In this document: positions 30,354-46,903 of the stretch, piece by piece
How the letters are laid out: each line of letters begins with the position of its first letter
Position numbering within the stretch: the first letter of the stretch is position 1
Source: the human T2T-CHM13v2.0 reference genome, Homo sapiens
Reading direction: 5' to 3' (one strand)
Assembly: GCF_009914755.1 (NCBI RefSeq)
Contig: NC_060929.1
DNA length: 64,000 nt
The notes under the pieces: generated by a model
Seen by the model: only the letters and a program-made list of their open reading frames with translations
Database searches by the model: none
Told to the model about the DNA's origin: nothing
Made by a program: the position numbers and the translations under genes

Positions 30354-30693
30354 CAGGAGTCAGCAAATTTCTCTTCTAAAGGGCCAGATGGTAAATATAG
30401 TAATATTAAGAAGGAGATCGGTCTCTGTCAGAACTTTTCAACACTACTGTTATAGCACTCATACAGCTATAGGCAATATATAAACCAATGGGTGCGGCTG
30501 CTTTCCAACGAAACTTTATCCATGGACACTGAAATGTGAATATTATATAATTTTCACACGCCCCAAAGTATTTTTGTTCGTTTTATTTATTTTTCAACCA
30601 TTAACAGCATGTAAATAGTCTTAAGCCTACAGGCTGTGCAAGATCAAGAGATGGGCTATATTTGACCTACAGGCTGTCGTTTGCTTATCCCTG
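30354..30693 (+). mobile_element. MER58B-like hAT-Charlie
   Basis: CAGGAGTCAGCAAAT...AAAGGGCCAGATGGTAAATAT...TTTGCTTATCCCTG; degenerate 8-bp TSD ctttaaaa/ttttagaa. Confidence 0.75.
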
Positions 30694-31299
30694 TTTTAGA
30701 AAATAAGCATGATAAAGGCCCAATAACCCATGATCCAAATGACTTTTCTTCCAGATTTGTCAGTTCTAGTCCCAGTGTTGAATATCAATTGCTAGTAGAA
30801 TGAGAATCTGGGCACCTTTATAGGTTTACTGCTATTTTTCTGTCTTATAGAGACATTTCCCCTCTTCCTCCATCTTTCCCTTTGGGTTGTTATTATTATC
30901 ACCAGTTGGACATGGAGAAATAGAAAACACCTGGGAATCCCCAGGCCTATACCCAGCTCCCCTTGATGGCCTCAGGCCAGCTAGGCTGTCTAGAACTCCT
31001 AGGCCACTTGCATTTTTGTGAATTTATCACCAAGAGGATCTCTTCCAAGCAAAGTGGAAGGGTTTCCCTGTGGATGGCCTACCTGGGAGCACTTTTCAGT
31101 AGGTCATGGAATAAGCCAAAAACCTTCTGATGTCCAGAAACAATAGGAAAGAATTTTTCCTGGGGAGTTGGGGATGCCTTCATGGAGATAATGATTTTTG
31201 AACTGAGGCTGAAAGGAGGTCTAGAGGTGTGGAAAAGGAGAGAAAGTTTATTTCTCAAAGGTCACAGCATGAATAAATGCAGAAATATTCAACTACAAT

Positions 31300-31540
31300 T
31301 ATAGTAATAACAGCTCACATTTATTGACTCTGTGCTGGACATTTTAAAAGTGCCTTATGTGTATTAGCTCATTTCATCCTCATAACCCTATGCTACAGAT
31401 ATATTACTGTCTTCATTTTACAGATGAGAAAACTAAGGCACAGAGAGGTTAAAGAACTTGCCCAAGTCACACAGTTAATAGGGGCAAAGCCACGATTCAA
31501 ACCTGGTCTGATTCTAGAACCTGTGCTTATAACCACGACA
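31300..31540 (-). mobile_element. MIR
   Basis: cattttacagatgagaaaactaaggcacagagaggttaaagaacttgcccaagtcacacag. Confidence 0.85.
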
Positions 31541-32580
31541 CATTGCCCTGGAGGCCATTTTTGTGCTGTAAAATAACCATCAACCACTCTTGAGGTCCTT
31601 TCTAGTTTCAAAATTCCATGATTCTATGTGTCTATGTCTCCCTGTATGTATTCCATGTGTATATGTCTTCCCACACACCAGCAAACACTGGTACCTTGCA
31701 AGGTGGGCCTTCTTTTCTGTTCTCAGCCTGCTTTATCTCCTCCACAACCCCCAGAACCATGTGGACTATAGCTAGAACCACCCATCTGATTCCCACTAAT
31801 ATGTGTATTTGTTTTCATTAAGTTACAGCTTGGTAGTATATATCTAATCTATCATCTATCTATCTGTTTTAAAGATTTTTCTGAAAACAATATATACCAA
31901 TGTTCAAAAATTCAACCTGAAAAATTATAAAGAATGTAAAAAGTTACCCAGAATCCCACTGCCAAGGGTAACAGCTTGAACATTTTGATGATCTCTCTAG
32001 ATATCTCCACAAAGTTATGTAAATATCTTTATGTTTATGTAACTGTGATCATTCTATACATGATATGCATCCTACTTTTTTTCACCAGCAGTAGATGCAT
32101 CTTTCCATATCAATAAATACAGTATGTTAAAAACCATCACTTACATTCTATTTATGTATCTACCATAATGTATTTAACAAATCCTTACATATATGAATAT
32201 ATTTTTACATATATATGTAAAAGAATAAATTTTTAAGGCTAGAATCTGGAGTTTTCAGGGACCTACTCATGATTTCTTGCAACTATAGCTTTTCATGCTA
32301 TATAGGACATGCATTGCAACTATAGCTTTTCATGACTTACAGGGATCCAAAGAGGTTTTCATGGCTCCTAAAGCATCTCAGGCAGCAGAAAGCAGGTAAC
32401 CTTTACCTTTCCTTGGAGGTGAGGAAGGAATTTGGAAAGAGGATAACCAAATATCCTGGACTATACAGTTCTCAAGAAAACCCAGAGAAAAACTAACAAA
32501 TTACTGCTTAATACATTAAATATGGTTATGTTTCCAAACCATTGTACTAAACTCATGTTGAATCACTTTTTCTTTCAAAG

Positions 32581-32762
32581 CGCTTTTGGAGAAAAACATG
32601 ATAATTGTACAACCAATAGTTCTACAAGTGAAAATCGTGCTTCGTGCTCTTTTTTCCTTCCAAGAATAACGATCCCAGATAATTATACCATTGAGGTGGA
32701 AGCTGAAAATGGAGATGGTGTAATTAAATCTCATATGACATACTGGAGATTAGAGAACATAG
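32581..32762 (+). CDS. IL31RA: IL31RA exon 4 (AFGEKHDNCTTNSSTSENRASCSFF...YWRLENI)
   Basis: Acceptor tctttcaaag ending 32580, donor GTAAGT at 32763, 182 nt, second conserved Cys pair; inside ORF 32522..32800. Confidence 0.97.
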
Positions 32763-35700
32763 GTAAGTGTTATTTGATACTCTTATATACTCTTTATTAA
32801 ATGTTTACCTCCTTCTCTGTTCAAGAGGTATCTGTGGACTCAAAAGTAGGCTCATCAAGTTCAAGGATATGTGTTGTGGGTATACAGAAAATTCATCTTC
32901 TAATTAAAGAAGAAAGGAAGTGGGGGAAGGAGGGAAGGAAGGAAGGGAGGGAGGGAGGGAGGGATTCACCAAATGGGAAAAAAGGAATGAGAAACAAAAG
33001 CTATTTTGTGGGCCACTGGTTTCCTCTTGTAGTTTGTAATTGCACTCAAAGAAACAAAAAGGTCTCTCCCCACCACCCCACCCTGCCAATGTCATTGCTC
33101 ATAAACGAAAAGAGCATAAAATTATTATTTTTTAAAATGCCTCACCACTTCTGACTTAAAAAAAAATCTTTTTCAAAGACTAATTTTCACCATATACTTT
33201 TAAAATTATAACTGTATTGAGATATAATTCACATTATATAAATTTCACCTTTTTAAAATGTACAGTTCAGTGATTTTTATTGTATTCACAAAGTTGTACA
33301 TATGTTACCACTGTCTAATTTCAGAACATTTTTATTGCCCTCAAAAGAAAATTCATACCCATTAGCAGTCAGTCCTCAATCCTTTGTTTTCTCTTTCCTC
33401 CATTCTCTGGCAACCACTAATCTATTTTCTGCCTGTATGGATTTGCCTATACATTTTATAAAAATATAATATGTGGTCTTTTTATCTAATTTCTTTCACT
33501 TAGCATAATGTTTTCAAGGTTCATCAATGTTGTAGCATGTATTAGTGCTTTAATTCTTTTTATAGCTAAATAATATTCCACTGGATGTATATACCACATT
33601 TTGTTTACCCATACATCAGTTTATGGACATTTGGCTTGTTGCTACCTTTTGATTATTATGAATAATGTTGCTGTGAATATTTGTATACAATTTTTTGTGT
33701 GGACATGTTTCAATTCTCTTAGATATATACCTAGTGAAATTGCTGAGTCACATGGTAACTCAATGTTTAACTTTTGGTAGAACTGCTAAACTTTATCAAA
33801 GTGACTGCACCATTTAACATTCCCACTGGCAATTTATAAAGGTTACAATTTCTGCATACCCTCACCAACACTTGTTATTGTCCATCTTTTTTTAATTATA
33901 GCCATCCTAGTGGGTGTGAAGTGATACCTTGTTATGGTTCTGATTTGCATTTATCCAATGTCTAATGATATTGAACATTTTTCATGTGTTTATTGGCCAT
34001 TTGTATATCTTCTCTGGAGAAATGCTTATTCAAATCCTTTGCCTATTTATAATTGAGTTGTCTTTATTGTTGAGTTTTAAGAATTGTTTATATATTCTTG
34101 GCACAAGTTCCTTATCAGATATGTAATTTGCAAATATTTCCTCCCTGTTTGTGGGTTTTCTTTTACTTTTTAAATGGTTAAGGTAGAAAAATATTTATAT
34201 GAAGTCAAAAATGTATATATTTTTTATTTGATTGTTTGTACTTTAGGTGTCATATCTAAGAAACCATTGCCTAACCTGAGGTCAGAAAGATTTACTGCTG
34301 TAGTTTTTTCTAAGAGTTTTGAAGTCTTAGTTCCTACATTTGAATTATTGATCCATTTTGAGTTAATTTTTGTATATGGTGTTAAATAGGGGTCTAACTT
34401 TATTCTTTTGCATGTGGATATCCAGTTATCTCAGAATCATTTGTTGAAAAGATGATTTCTGACCCCATGGCCCCATCCCACGTTGTTGAATTGTCTTGGC
34501 ACCTTTGTAAAAATCAATTATTTCACCATAAATGTAAGGTATTTTTCAGGGTCTTCAATTCTATTCCATTGAACTATATTTTTGTAATTAGGCCAATACC
34601 ACACTGTCTTGATTACTGTAGCCTTATAATAAGTTTTGAAATTGGGAAAGTGAGTCCTCCAACTGTGTTCTTTTTCAAGATTGTTTTAGCTGTTGGGTCC
34701 CTTGCATTTCCATATAATATTTTAGTATTAGCTTGTCAATTTCTGCAGAGAAGTCAGCTGTGATTTCAATACGGATATTGTCATCTTCATAATAAACAAT
34801 CTTCCAATCCATGAACATGGAATATCTTTCCATTTATTTAGGCTGCCTTCAGTTTCTTTCATTAATTTGTTACAGTTTCCAGTGCAGAAGTTGTACATTT
34901 CTTTGGTTCAGTTTATTCCAAAGTATTTTATTCTTTTAAATGCTATTGTAAATGGAATTGCTTTCTTAATTTTATTTTCAGATTGTTCATTGTTAGTGTA
35001 TATAAATACAATTGATTTTTGTATATCGATTTGGTAATTGGCAACCTTGTTGAACTTGTTTATTGGTTCTAATAGGTTTTTTAGGTGGATTCCTTAGGAT
35101 TGTCTGTATACAAGGTCATGTCATCTGCAAACATAATCTTATTTCTTCCTTTATGATCTGGATACGTTTTATTTTTCTTGACTAGTTGCCTTGTCTAGAA
35201 CTTTTAGTATAGTGTTGAATAGAAGTGTTGAAAGCAGACATCCTTTTCTTGTTCCTGATCTTAGGGGGAAAGCATCTAGTCTTTCACCATTTAAGTTTGA
35301 TGTTAGTTTAGCTATGGGTTTGGTAGATACCCATTGCACATTGAGAAAATTTCCTTCCACTCATAGTTTGTTGAGCATTTCCTTATTGTGAATAGGTGTG
35401 GGATCTTGTCACATGCCTTTTCTTTATCTGGTGGGATGATCATATGGTTTTGTCTTTTATTAAAATGGTGTCTTACATTGACTGGTTTTCATAAGTTAAA
35501 CAAACCTTGTATTTCTGTAATAAATTCCACTTGGTTGTGGTGTATAATTCTTTTTATATGTCGCTGAATTTGGATTCCTGGTTTTTTATTGAGGATTTTT
35601 GCTCCTATATTCAACATGGATATGGTCTGTAGCTTTCTTGTGATATCTTTGTTTTTGGTATCAGGGTAATATTGGCCTCATAGAATGAGCTGGTAAGTGT

Positions 35701-36319
35701 TTCCTCATCTTCTATTTTTTGGAAAAGTCTGTGAAAGACTAGTGTTAATTATTTTTAAACCTGTCAATAGATTTCCTCAGTGAAGCCATCTGGGCCTGGG
35801 CTTTCTTTGTGGGAAGTTTTTGACTTGGTTTCTTTATAAAACTTTTTTTTTAAGACCTCCCTTTGGAAGACTTACTCCACACTGTAAACATTGGTGTTAA
35901 TTCATGATGATAGACCTGGAAGGGGACAAGATTATTCACTTTTTCTCAAAAACCTTCATTATTACTATTTTTACTTTCTTAAAATAAATGTATTATTACT
36001 TTAGCAATTAAAATATTAAAAAGCAAATTCAGTTACAAAGAAAACTCAAAACAAAACAAAGCAAACTTTCTAGTCCTTCTTTCAACTAGATTTAGTATCT
36101 ATTTAAATATTCTGTAATTGCCACTGCTTAAAACTTTGAGGAGGAATTTTGGCCTAAATTGATACAATACTGGAATTATAAAATTAAACTCTGAAGAAAC
36201 TCTGTTTTTATAATATGTTTCTAGGACCTGGTAAAGTGTTGCTAAGTACTAAGATTTTTTTTAATCCTTTAATGAAAGCATTTAATATCAGAATAATAAG
36301 CATAATAATTTTATAATAA

Positions 36320-36365
36320 TTAGGTTAGTACAAAAGTAATTGTGGTTTTTGCCATTACTTTCAAT
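36320..36365 (+). mobile_element. Half MADE1 (mariner-derived MITE)
   Basis: ttaggttagtacaaaagtaattgtggtttttgccattactttcaat matches one MADE1 arm. Confidence 0.75.
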
Positions 36366-36436
36366 AGAACTTTTCTTATTTAAATTCAAGTGGATAGAAC
36401 TATGACAGTGCTTTTAAGAGCAATTAAAAATATTTT

Positions 36437-36769
<333 letters not shown>

Positions 36770-39718
36770 TTACAGTGATAATTTGCTTAAACCTTTTTCA
36801 CAGATAATGCCGGAGTTTACTTTGGTCCAGCCTCTGACATAAATTATTACAGTTAGTGGTATCTAAATAAATAAACTTTAGCTATGTTTGATATGCATCA
36901 GTTTTTGACTTAAAATGTATTCTGTCTGATTTTAGTATGCCCACCCTGCTCTCTTTTGTTTACTATTTGCATGGAACATCTTTTTTCATCCTTTCACTTT
37001 CAATCTATTTGTATTTTCAGATCTAAAGTTAGTCTTTGTAGATAGCATATAGTTAGATCTTTTTTTAATTTAAATTTTTTATTTTATTTTTTATAGAGAC
37101 TTGCTATGTTACTCAGGCTGGTCTTGAACTTCTGGCCTCAAATGAACCCTCTGCTTTGGCCTCCCAAAATGTTGAGATTACCAGCATAAGCCCTTGTGCC
37201 CAGCCAGTTGGATTTTTTTTTCTTTAATTATCTGCTGATCTGTGTATTTGGGTTGGAGAGTTTAACCTATTTACATTTAAAGTAATTGTTGATAAGGAAG
37301 GACTTACTTTTGACATTTAAAATTTTTTCTTTTATATTTTATAGCTTTTTTATCCCTCTTTTTTTCATTATTGTCTTCTTTTGTGTTTAGTTGATTTCTT
37401 TGTGGTGACGTGTTTTGATTTCCTTTGGTGTATTTTCTATAGATACTTTCTTTGAGATTACCATGGGGACTACAAATAGCATCTAAAGTTATAACAATCT
37501 AATTTGAAATGATATCAACTTAACTTCAATTGCATATAAAACTCTACTCCTACACAGCTTCATTCCCCATCCCCATTTTATGTCATTGATGTCACAAATT
37601 ACATCTGTATCCACTGTATACCATAAAGCTATAATTGTTTTTCATACATTAGTCTTTTAAATTCTTTGGAAAATAAAAAGAGGAATTATAAACCATAATT
37701 ACAATAATACTAGCTTTTATATTTGCTTGTGTATTTATACTAGAGATCTTTATATCTTCATCTGGCTCCAAGTTAATGTCTAGTGTCCTTTCATTTCAAC
37801 CTGAAGGACTCCTTTTAGCATTTCTTATAGGGCAGGCCTATTGGTAATGAACTCTCTCAACTTTTATTTATTTTGGAATGTCTTAATTTCTCCCTCATTT
37901 TTGAAGAATAGTTTTGCCAGGTATGTAATTCTCAGTTGACAATTTTTTTTCTCTTTCAGCACTTTAAATGTATTATCCCACTGCCTTCTGGGCTCTAAGG
38001 TTTTTGCTGATCTTAGTTGAAGATCCATTGTATGTGATGAGTTGTATCTCTCTTGCTGCTTCCAAGATACTGTCTTTGTCTTTCTGGGGTTTGGTTGTAA
38101 TGTGTCTTAGTGTGGGTCTCTTTGGGTTTATCCTACTTGGTATTCACTGGGATTCTTGGATTTGTAGATTTGTGTATTTCATCACATTTGGGGACTTTTT
38201 AGCTACTATTTCTTCAAATAATCTCTCCACCACTTCCTCTCTCTCTTCTCTTTCAGAAACTCCCAAAATGTGTTTATTGGTTGGCTTGATCCTGTTCCAC
38301 AGCTCCCTTAGACTCTGTTTATTTTTCCTTATATTTTTTCTTTCTGTTCCTCAGACTCAATACTTTCAGTTGTTCTATCTTCACATTTACTGATTGTTTC
38401 TTATGCCTGCTTAAGTTTACTGCTGAACCCCTGTAGTGAATTTGTATTTCAGGTACTGTGATTTTCAACTTCAGAGTTTCTGTTTGCTTCTTTTAAAAAA
38501 ATAATTTATATATTTTTGTTGATATTCTCATTTTGTTCATGTATTATTTTCCTGATTTCCTTTAGTTATTTGTCCATGTTTAACTTTAGCTCTTTGAACA
38601 TATTTAAGGTGATCATTTTAGGGTCTTGGTCTAGAAATTCTGATGGCTGGGCTTCCTCAAGGACAGTTTCTGTGGATTTGTTTTGTTTACTTAAATGGGC
38701 CATGTTTTCCTGTTTCTTTGTATGCCTTGCAATTTTTGTTGTTGTTGTTAAAAATTGGGCATTGGAAAAAACAGCTACCTCTCCACGTCTTTGCAGACTG
38801 ACTCTGTGCTGGGGCTGTTCTTCATAGATTAGCTGGGCTTACTCTGAGCCTAGGGATCAGCCCAAGGTGAAAACTTAAAGTCTTCTCAGTTCTTTTCTGA
38901 GTATACATCTTGTGTAGGCCTGGCTGGTGCTTTCTCAGTTACACTGTATATACACACAGCTGCTTTTTTTTCTTCTTTTTTTGAGACAGGGTCTGGCTCT
39001 GTTGCCCAGGCTGGAGTTCAGTGATGCCATCATAGCTCATGGCAACCTCCCCTTCCTGGTCTCAAGCCATTCTCCCACCTCAGCCTCCCAAGTGGCTGGG
39101 ACTACAGGCACACACCACACCTGGCTACTTTTTATATTTTTTTGTAGAGGTGGCATTTCACCATGCTGCCCAGGCCAGTTTCAAACTTCTGAGCTCAAGT
39201 GATCTGCTTGCCTCAGCCTTTCAAAGTGTTGGGATTACAGGTGTGAGCCACTATGCCCGGCCACAGCTGCTTTTGAATGTCTTAATTTCCCAAAGAGTCT
39301 TACCCAGTTTCTCCTTATGATTTTATATAATTTATTGTATGTCTGCATACATAATCTCTTGCCCCAGGCTTCCATGTGTCTGTAGTCTCCCTGTAGCTTT
39401 TATGAGCAGTGCCTGGCTCTTTTCCTGCCTGAGATTAAAGTTAGGCAAAACAGAGACCAGTCGTTTAGTCTGCCCTCAGACAGGCTGGAATATAAGTAAG
39501 TGTGCTCTGTTCTCTTTAGTTGGTAGAAGGGAAATAGGACCTGAGATGCCACCTTCTTCAAACCAAGACCACTGATGTTTCAGGGAGAGGGTGGGGCAAG
39601 GGCAAGTAAGACAGCCACAAAACTATTTTCCTGCCACTTTGAAGGTGACTTTGTCTTGATTTGGTGTTTATAATGGTTATAAACCTTGGGTTGATTTCCA
39701 GAGCTCCTACAAGTTTAG

Positions 39719-39937
<219 letters not shown>

Positions 39938-39996
39938 TAGTAGAGACAGGGTTTCACCATGTTGGCCAGGATGGTCTTGATCTCCTCACTTTGTGA

Positions 39997-40104
<108 letters not shown>

Positions 40105-40702
40105 TAGAGCTACCTAGTCTGCCATTTTGCTGATGTCACTTGATATAAATCAGTTCTTAATGAGATATTCTGAGAGCTATTTTTATTCAGAGGAATAACT
40201 AATACTTTCTATCTCCTTGGTTATAGAGTATTAGAGTTAAGTGGAACTACAGTAGGTATTTGTGTTTATTCTGACTGGAGGTGGTTAGTGTAATGAACAA
40301 GGGCAGAAACTTTGGTGTGGATACAAATGAGTCTTAGATTGGCTTCTTATTAGAAAGTTATTTTCCCTTTTCCAATACCAGTTTTATCTTCTGTAGAATG
40401 GATATAATAAATGTTAGGTGGTTGAGAGGATTCAACAAAATGATTCACCTAAAAAAATACTTATCAAGTGCTCAATACATATAAATAATTTTATGGAAAT
40501 ACTTAATATGTCTATTGTATACAGCTCTACTTACTAGTGGCCACACGGATTGATGACCACCCTTTAGTCCAGGCATCAGTACAAATTATTTTTTGAGTAG
40601 CTACCAAGAGTTTTCTGAATATTTTTACCCAGTTAATGTTTTAAAGTCCATGTCTCTAAGTAGGGATTTTGCTTTCTAAAACTCTTCAAGAATTACAAAG
40701 AC

Positions 40703-40821
40703 CCCATTCTCCATGATGTGATTATTTTACATTGCATGCCTGTATCAAAACAGCTCATATGTCCCATAAATATACACACCAACTATGTACTCAAAAAATT
40801 AAAAATTTTAAAAATTAAAAA
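40703..40821 (+). mobile_element. Extremely 5'-truncated L1 (3' end only)
   Basis: catgatgtgattattttacattgcatgcctgtatcaaaac..., A-rich tail; perfect 15-bp TSD AAGAATTACAAAGAC at 40688-40702 and 40822-40836. Confidence 0.85.
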
Positions 40822-41178
40822 AAGAATTACAAAGACTAAAAAGATAATACTATTCAATTCTAGCTAGCAAGAGTCTGGTGAGATGGGTATTCATACAATG
40901 TTGATGGAAACTGAAATTGGTATAACCTTTCTGGAAAGCTAAATGGCACTGTGTGACAGCAGCCCTAAACATGGTCATGCCCTTTTACCCAGTCAGCCTC
41001 TGCTAAGGGGTCTAGGGAAACCACCAGAGATGTAAAGGAAAATTCAACCATCATCCATTTACTCATTCACTTAACAAATATTTGATACCTGCTAAATGTC
41101 AGGTGTTAATTCTAGACTCTGTGATCAAGACCAGCCTTTGTCCTCAAGGAGTTTTAAATGAAAAATTAGAAACACTAT

Positions 41179-42562
<1,384 letters not shown>

Positions 42563-43371
42563 CCATGAATGTGCGATAATAGAACATAAGTCAAAAAATT
42601 ATGTTCATTCATAAAGTAGAATATTATGAACCTTAAAAATCATGTTTTGAAGAATTATTAATACAAAGGGATATATGCTGATTGCATAATGTTATTTTTA
42701 AAAAACAAAAGCTTTATTTAGCGTAATACCAATTTTGTTAGAAGATAATGCAAATAATTATACGGAAAACGGCTGAAAGGAAATATAACAAAATGGTAAT
42801 AAGGGTTATCTCTGGTTGATGGGATAATGGATGATTTTTAGTTTTTCTTTGTATTTTTCTACACTTAAAAAATGTTGTATAATAAGCATATGCTACATTT
42901 ATAACTAGAAAAATGCATATTTTCAAAGAGAGAAATTTAAGGCTAAAATGTTTGCAGTGTGCAAGGAAAATGAGAGTTATTTTCTAGTGTTTATAGTGGG
43001 TATTCCATCATCCTAGGGGTCAAGGAAGGAGAGGCCTAGGGGAGGTGAGAGTAAATAAGAGAGACAGCCTATTTTCTGGTTGTGTGGTCTCTTTTTACCT
43101 CCCTTCTGCTTGGCATAGCATATGACCAATCAATAAGAGGCTGATTTGCTGAAAAATCACAGGAATGCATCCTTCTCTCACTGGGTATTCCTTTTTCAGA
43201 GGTGTTGGGGTTGGGGGGGTGACATTCCTTTTGTACTGCCTTGCAACTGCCATCTTCGTTCCATATAGCAGACCACAATGCACGTATCATTTTTTTTCAA
43301 TTTTGGGTGGATGCTATTAGCAAATTCTTATCTTTTTGCAGATATGAGAGTTGTATGATTTTTATTTTCAG

Positions 43372-43523
43372 CGAAAACTGAACCACCTAAGATTTTCCGT
43401 GTGAAACCAGTTTTGGGCATCAAACGAATGATTCAAATTGAATGGATAAAGCCTGAGTTGGCGCCTGTTTCATCTGATTTAAAATACACACTTCGATTCA
43501 GGACAGTCAACAGTACCAGCTGG
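43372..43523 (+). CDS. IL31RA: IL31RA exon 5 (AKTEPPKIFRVKPVLGIKRMIQIEW...RTVNSTSW)
   Basis: Acceptor ttttcag ending 43371, donor GTAAGT at 43524, 152 nt, FNIII-type sequence; overlaps ORF 43401..43595. Confidence 0.97.
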
Positions 43524-44748
43524 GTAAGTTATGCCATTATAATAATATTCCAATTAGAGGCCCAGAGGAAAAGAATCATTGACAACTATTGTTGACCTGG
43601 AATCATTATTTCACTTTTTACATTAAAAATAGAAGAGAGACATTGCTAAGTACTTCTCCTTCCAGTTTTCCATTTTTCCATCTGGACCTTTTAGATTGGA
43701 AGGGTGTTCTACAATAGGCATTTTTGCCTTCTGAGCACAGGGACATAATAAAGAGTGAGAAATTTACTTCTGCATTATATCCAAGTTTGTGTCTGGCTAT
43801 GTTGGCTACCAGAGAGTCTATGGTTTGGCCATTTTATTTTTTATTTTTCTGACCTTTTATAAAATCATGAGGTATAACATACATTTGGAAAGGTGAACAA
43901 AACGTAATATTACATTTAACAAATTATTATTAAGTCAGTGCTCATGTAGAAACCACTGCGGCCAAGAATAGAACTTCTCCAGGATGCCAGAGCCCCCTGC
44001 TTACCCTTTGCTCATGACCTCTGTTAGAGCTGTTACCCTGATTTTCATGGTAATCTTCTTTGCTTTCATTTTTTACCATTTAAGGCTGCATCACTGAAGA
44101 ACATAGTTTAAGAGACTATGCCCTGTTTCCTTGAGTCCCAGGATGAAGAAGCGCCCAGTAGAAATAGAGGAGGAGCATATAAAGGGAATCCATATATTTT
44201 GTATTTTCTAATGTTTGGCTTCTATCTCTCAATATTGTGCTTTTAAGACTTATTCATGCTATATAATGCTGTAGTTTATACATTTTCATTGCTGTGTAGT
44301 ATCTCATAGTATGAACATGATGGAATGGTGGCTTTAATTTGCATTTACCTGACCTTTAATGAAGTTACACACCTTTTCACATGTTTATTGGCCCTTTGGA
44401 TTCCTTCTTCTGGAAGCGCTGATTTAAGCCTTTTGCATGTTTTTTCTATTGGCTGGTCTGCCTGATTTTTCAATTGATTTGTAGGCATTCCTTACATATT
44501 CTATTTATGAGTCTTTTATTTGTTACGTGTATTGCAAACATCTTTCACTATGTGGCATGACGTTTCACTCTCTTAATGGTGACTTTTGAGGAATAGTCAC
44601 TTAATTTTAATATGGTTAGAGTTTTATCAGTCTTTACCTTTATGCTTAATGCCTTTTGTGTCTTAGGAAATGTTTTCTTACCTCAAAGTCAAGAAAATAT
44701 TCTGCAGTTTCCATCAATGCAGCCTGAAATTGTATCACCTTTTTGTAA

Positions 44749-45047
<299 letters not shown>

Positions 45048-45604
45048 CACATTATTGACTTTTAATCAACTATTAGCCAATTAAATCTTTAAGACTTTTT
45101 ACCTCCTGAAGACTTGCTAGTAAAACATACCTCTACTATCTTATCATTTGTTGGTTTTTAACCTAAGTTCAGGTGTTTTATTTATTCTTATTGAATGTCT
45201 TCATGTTGGTCTTATCTATCATTCCAGCCTATTTAGAATCCTGTTTGGTCACCCAAAACTTATGATTAACTTTTTACTTTTTAACTTTTCAGTATCCCCA
45301 GATTTGATAACACTTCCTTCTATACCTTTATCTAATTATTAATAAAAATGGTGACTACATCAGAGCCCTGTGGTAAACCAGTAGAAACCATCCAGAGGAT
45401 CAACCCCTACTTTGGATATGGTCATTTATTCAGGTTTCTATGAATATACCTAATTACCACTATCATCATTCAGCCTACTTTTTTTTATCTTGTCCAGGAG
45501 GCTATCATGCGACCCTTTCCCTTGTGGAAACCCATAGACACCCTGTTTACTGCAGCATGCTCTCCTTGTCTGGAACTCTTTCAGAAAAGCATTATTTGTC
45601 CTAT

Positions 45605-46030
45605 TGTTGCAGAATTTTTGCTCCTTAGTTCAGCTAAATCCGGGTTCTTGTGTCAACAGGAAAAATTAGGCACGTGGACACATTGAAGGGTGAGGAGAGA
45701 GGAATTTATTGGGCGAAAAGGAAAAAAGAGAAAAAAATTCTCAGCAAAGCGAGATGGGCTCCTGCTAACAGGCTACCACCTCACAGACTGAATACCAGGC
45801 CACCACACAGGAGCTAAAGAGGCCAGGCTCCTTCCCCCTGCACAAAGCGTGAACTTCCCGTGGCTCCACCCCATTCTCCCAGTGCACAGGCGGGTCCCCA
45901 GTCTGTTGTCGACATGCGCGGACAAGACCCTGGGCAGGTTTCCTCATCTACACAAAAGCATCTGATGTAAACACTTGGGCGGGTCAGAGATTCTCTGGGA
46001 ACCCCCCTTATCTGCCTTCTGCCTCTATCA
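45605..46030 (-). mobile_element. ERV1 solo LTR (MER61-like)
   Basis: TG...CA ends (tgttgcagaatttttgctccttagttcagc...gcctctatca); 4-bp TSD ctat/ctgt; AATAAA on the - strand near 45705. Confidence 0.7.
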
Positions 46031-46574
46031 CTGTGTTCAGAGAGATGATAATGGCCACTTCTCCCCCCAGCTTCCTTTCTAAGCCAGCTCTGGAACCATT
46101 CTCTTTGAACCTGCCTACATGGAACATTAGATTCATTAATTGTAGTTTGGGGAACCCCTAAGCAGAGCAGTCCCCGGTATAGCACAAGCTCCTCTTCATA
46201 CCACATGTCATGGTCTCCGTGAACCTGAGAAACTTCTGGGATAGTCTACTGGCTATAAACCCTTAATTCCTTCTATTTGGCTGAGTGCAGAGTTACTACA
46301 GCTGCTGGGGGATAGGATTCAACAAGAAAAATAAACCAGGACCAGAGTCCCTCTGGAAAATTACTATACCGCATATAACACTAAGTGAGGGCAACGGGTA
46401 TAAACTACCCAACCCTTGGCATCCTGTACCCCGTATCTTTAACAAACTCACCCACATCTGTACTCATCTTTGCTTCCTGCCAGTCCCAGAGGTAAAATGT
46501 CCTGCCTCCTGTTTTCCTGGAGGATGCAGGAAGGAAGGTGGAAGTCTGTACTACTCTTTCTCTCTCCTTAGCTA

Positions 46575-46903
46575 GCTTGCTTGCTTGCTTGCTTGCTTTT
46601 TTTTTTTTTTTTTTTTTTTGAGGTGGAGTTTCACTCTTGTTGCCCAGGCTGGAGTGAATGGCATGATCTTGGCTCACTGCAACCTCCACCTCCGGGGTTC
46701 AAGTGATTCTCCTGCCTCAGCCTCCCAAGTAGCTGCGATTACAGGCTTGTGCCACCACACCTGGCTAATTTTTTGTATTTTTAGTAGAGATGGGGTTTCA
46801 CATGTTGGTCAGGCTGGTCTCGAACCCCTGACCTCAGGTGATCCACCTGCCTCAGCCTCCCAAAGTGTTGGGATTATGGGCATAAGCCACCATGCCTGGC
46901 CTT
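46575..46903 (-). mobile_element. Alu with (CTTG)n/T tail
   Basis: TSD CTCCTTAGCT. Confidence 0.93.

Noticed and set aside
32277-32335. Short direct repeat TTGCAACTATAGCTTTT(T)CATG, two copies
   Set aside because: Small local duplication with no further structure or functional clue.
37968-38827. Hydrophobic ORFs resembling membrane proteins
   Set aside because: Antisense reading of the T-rich L1 ORF1 region.
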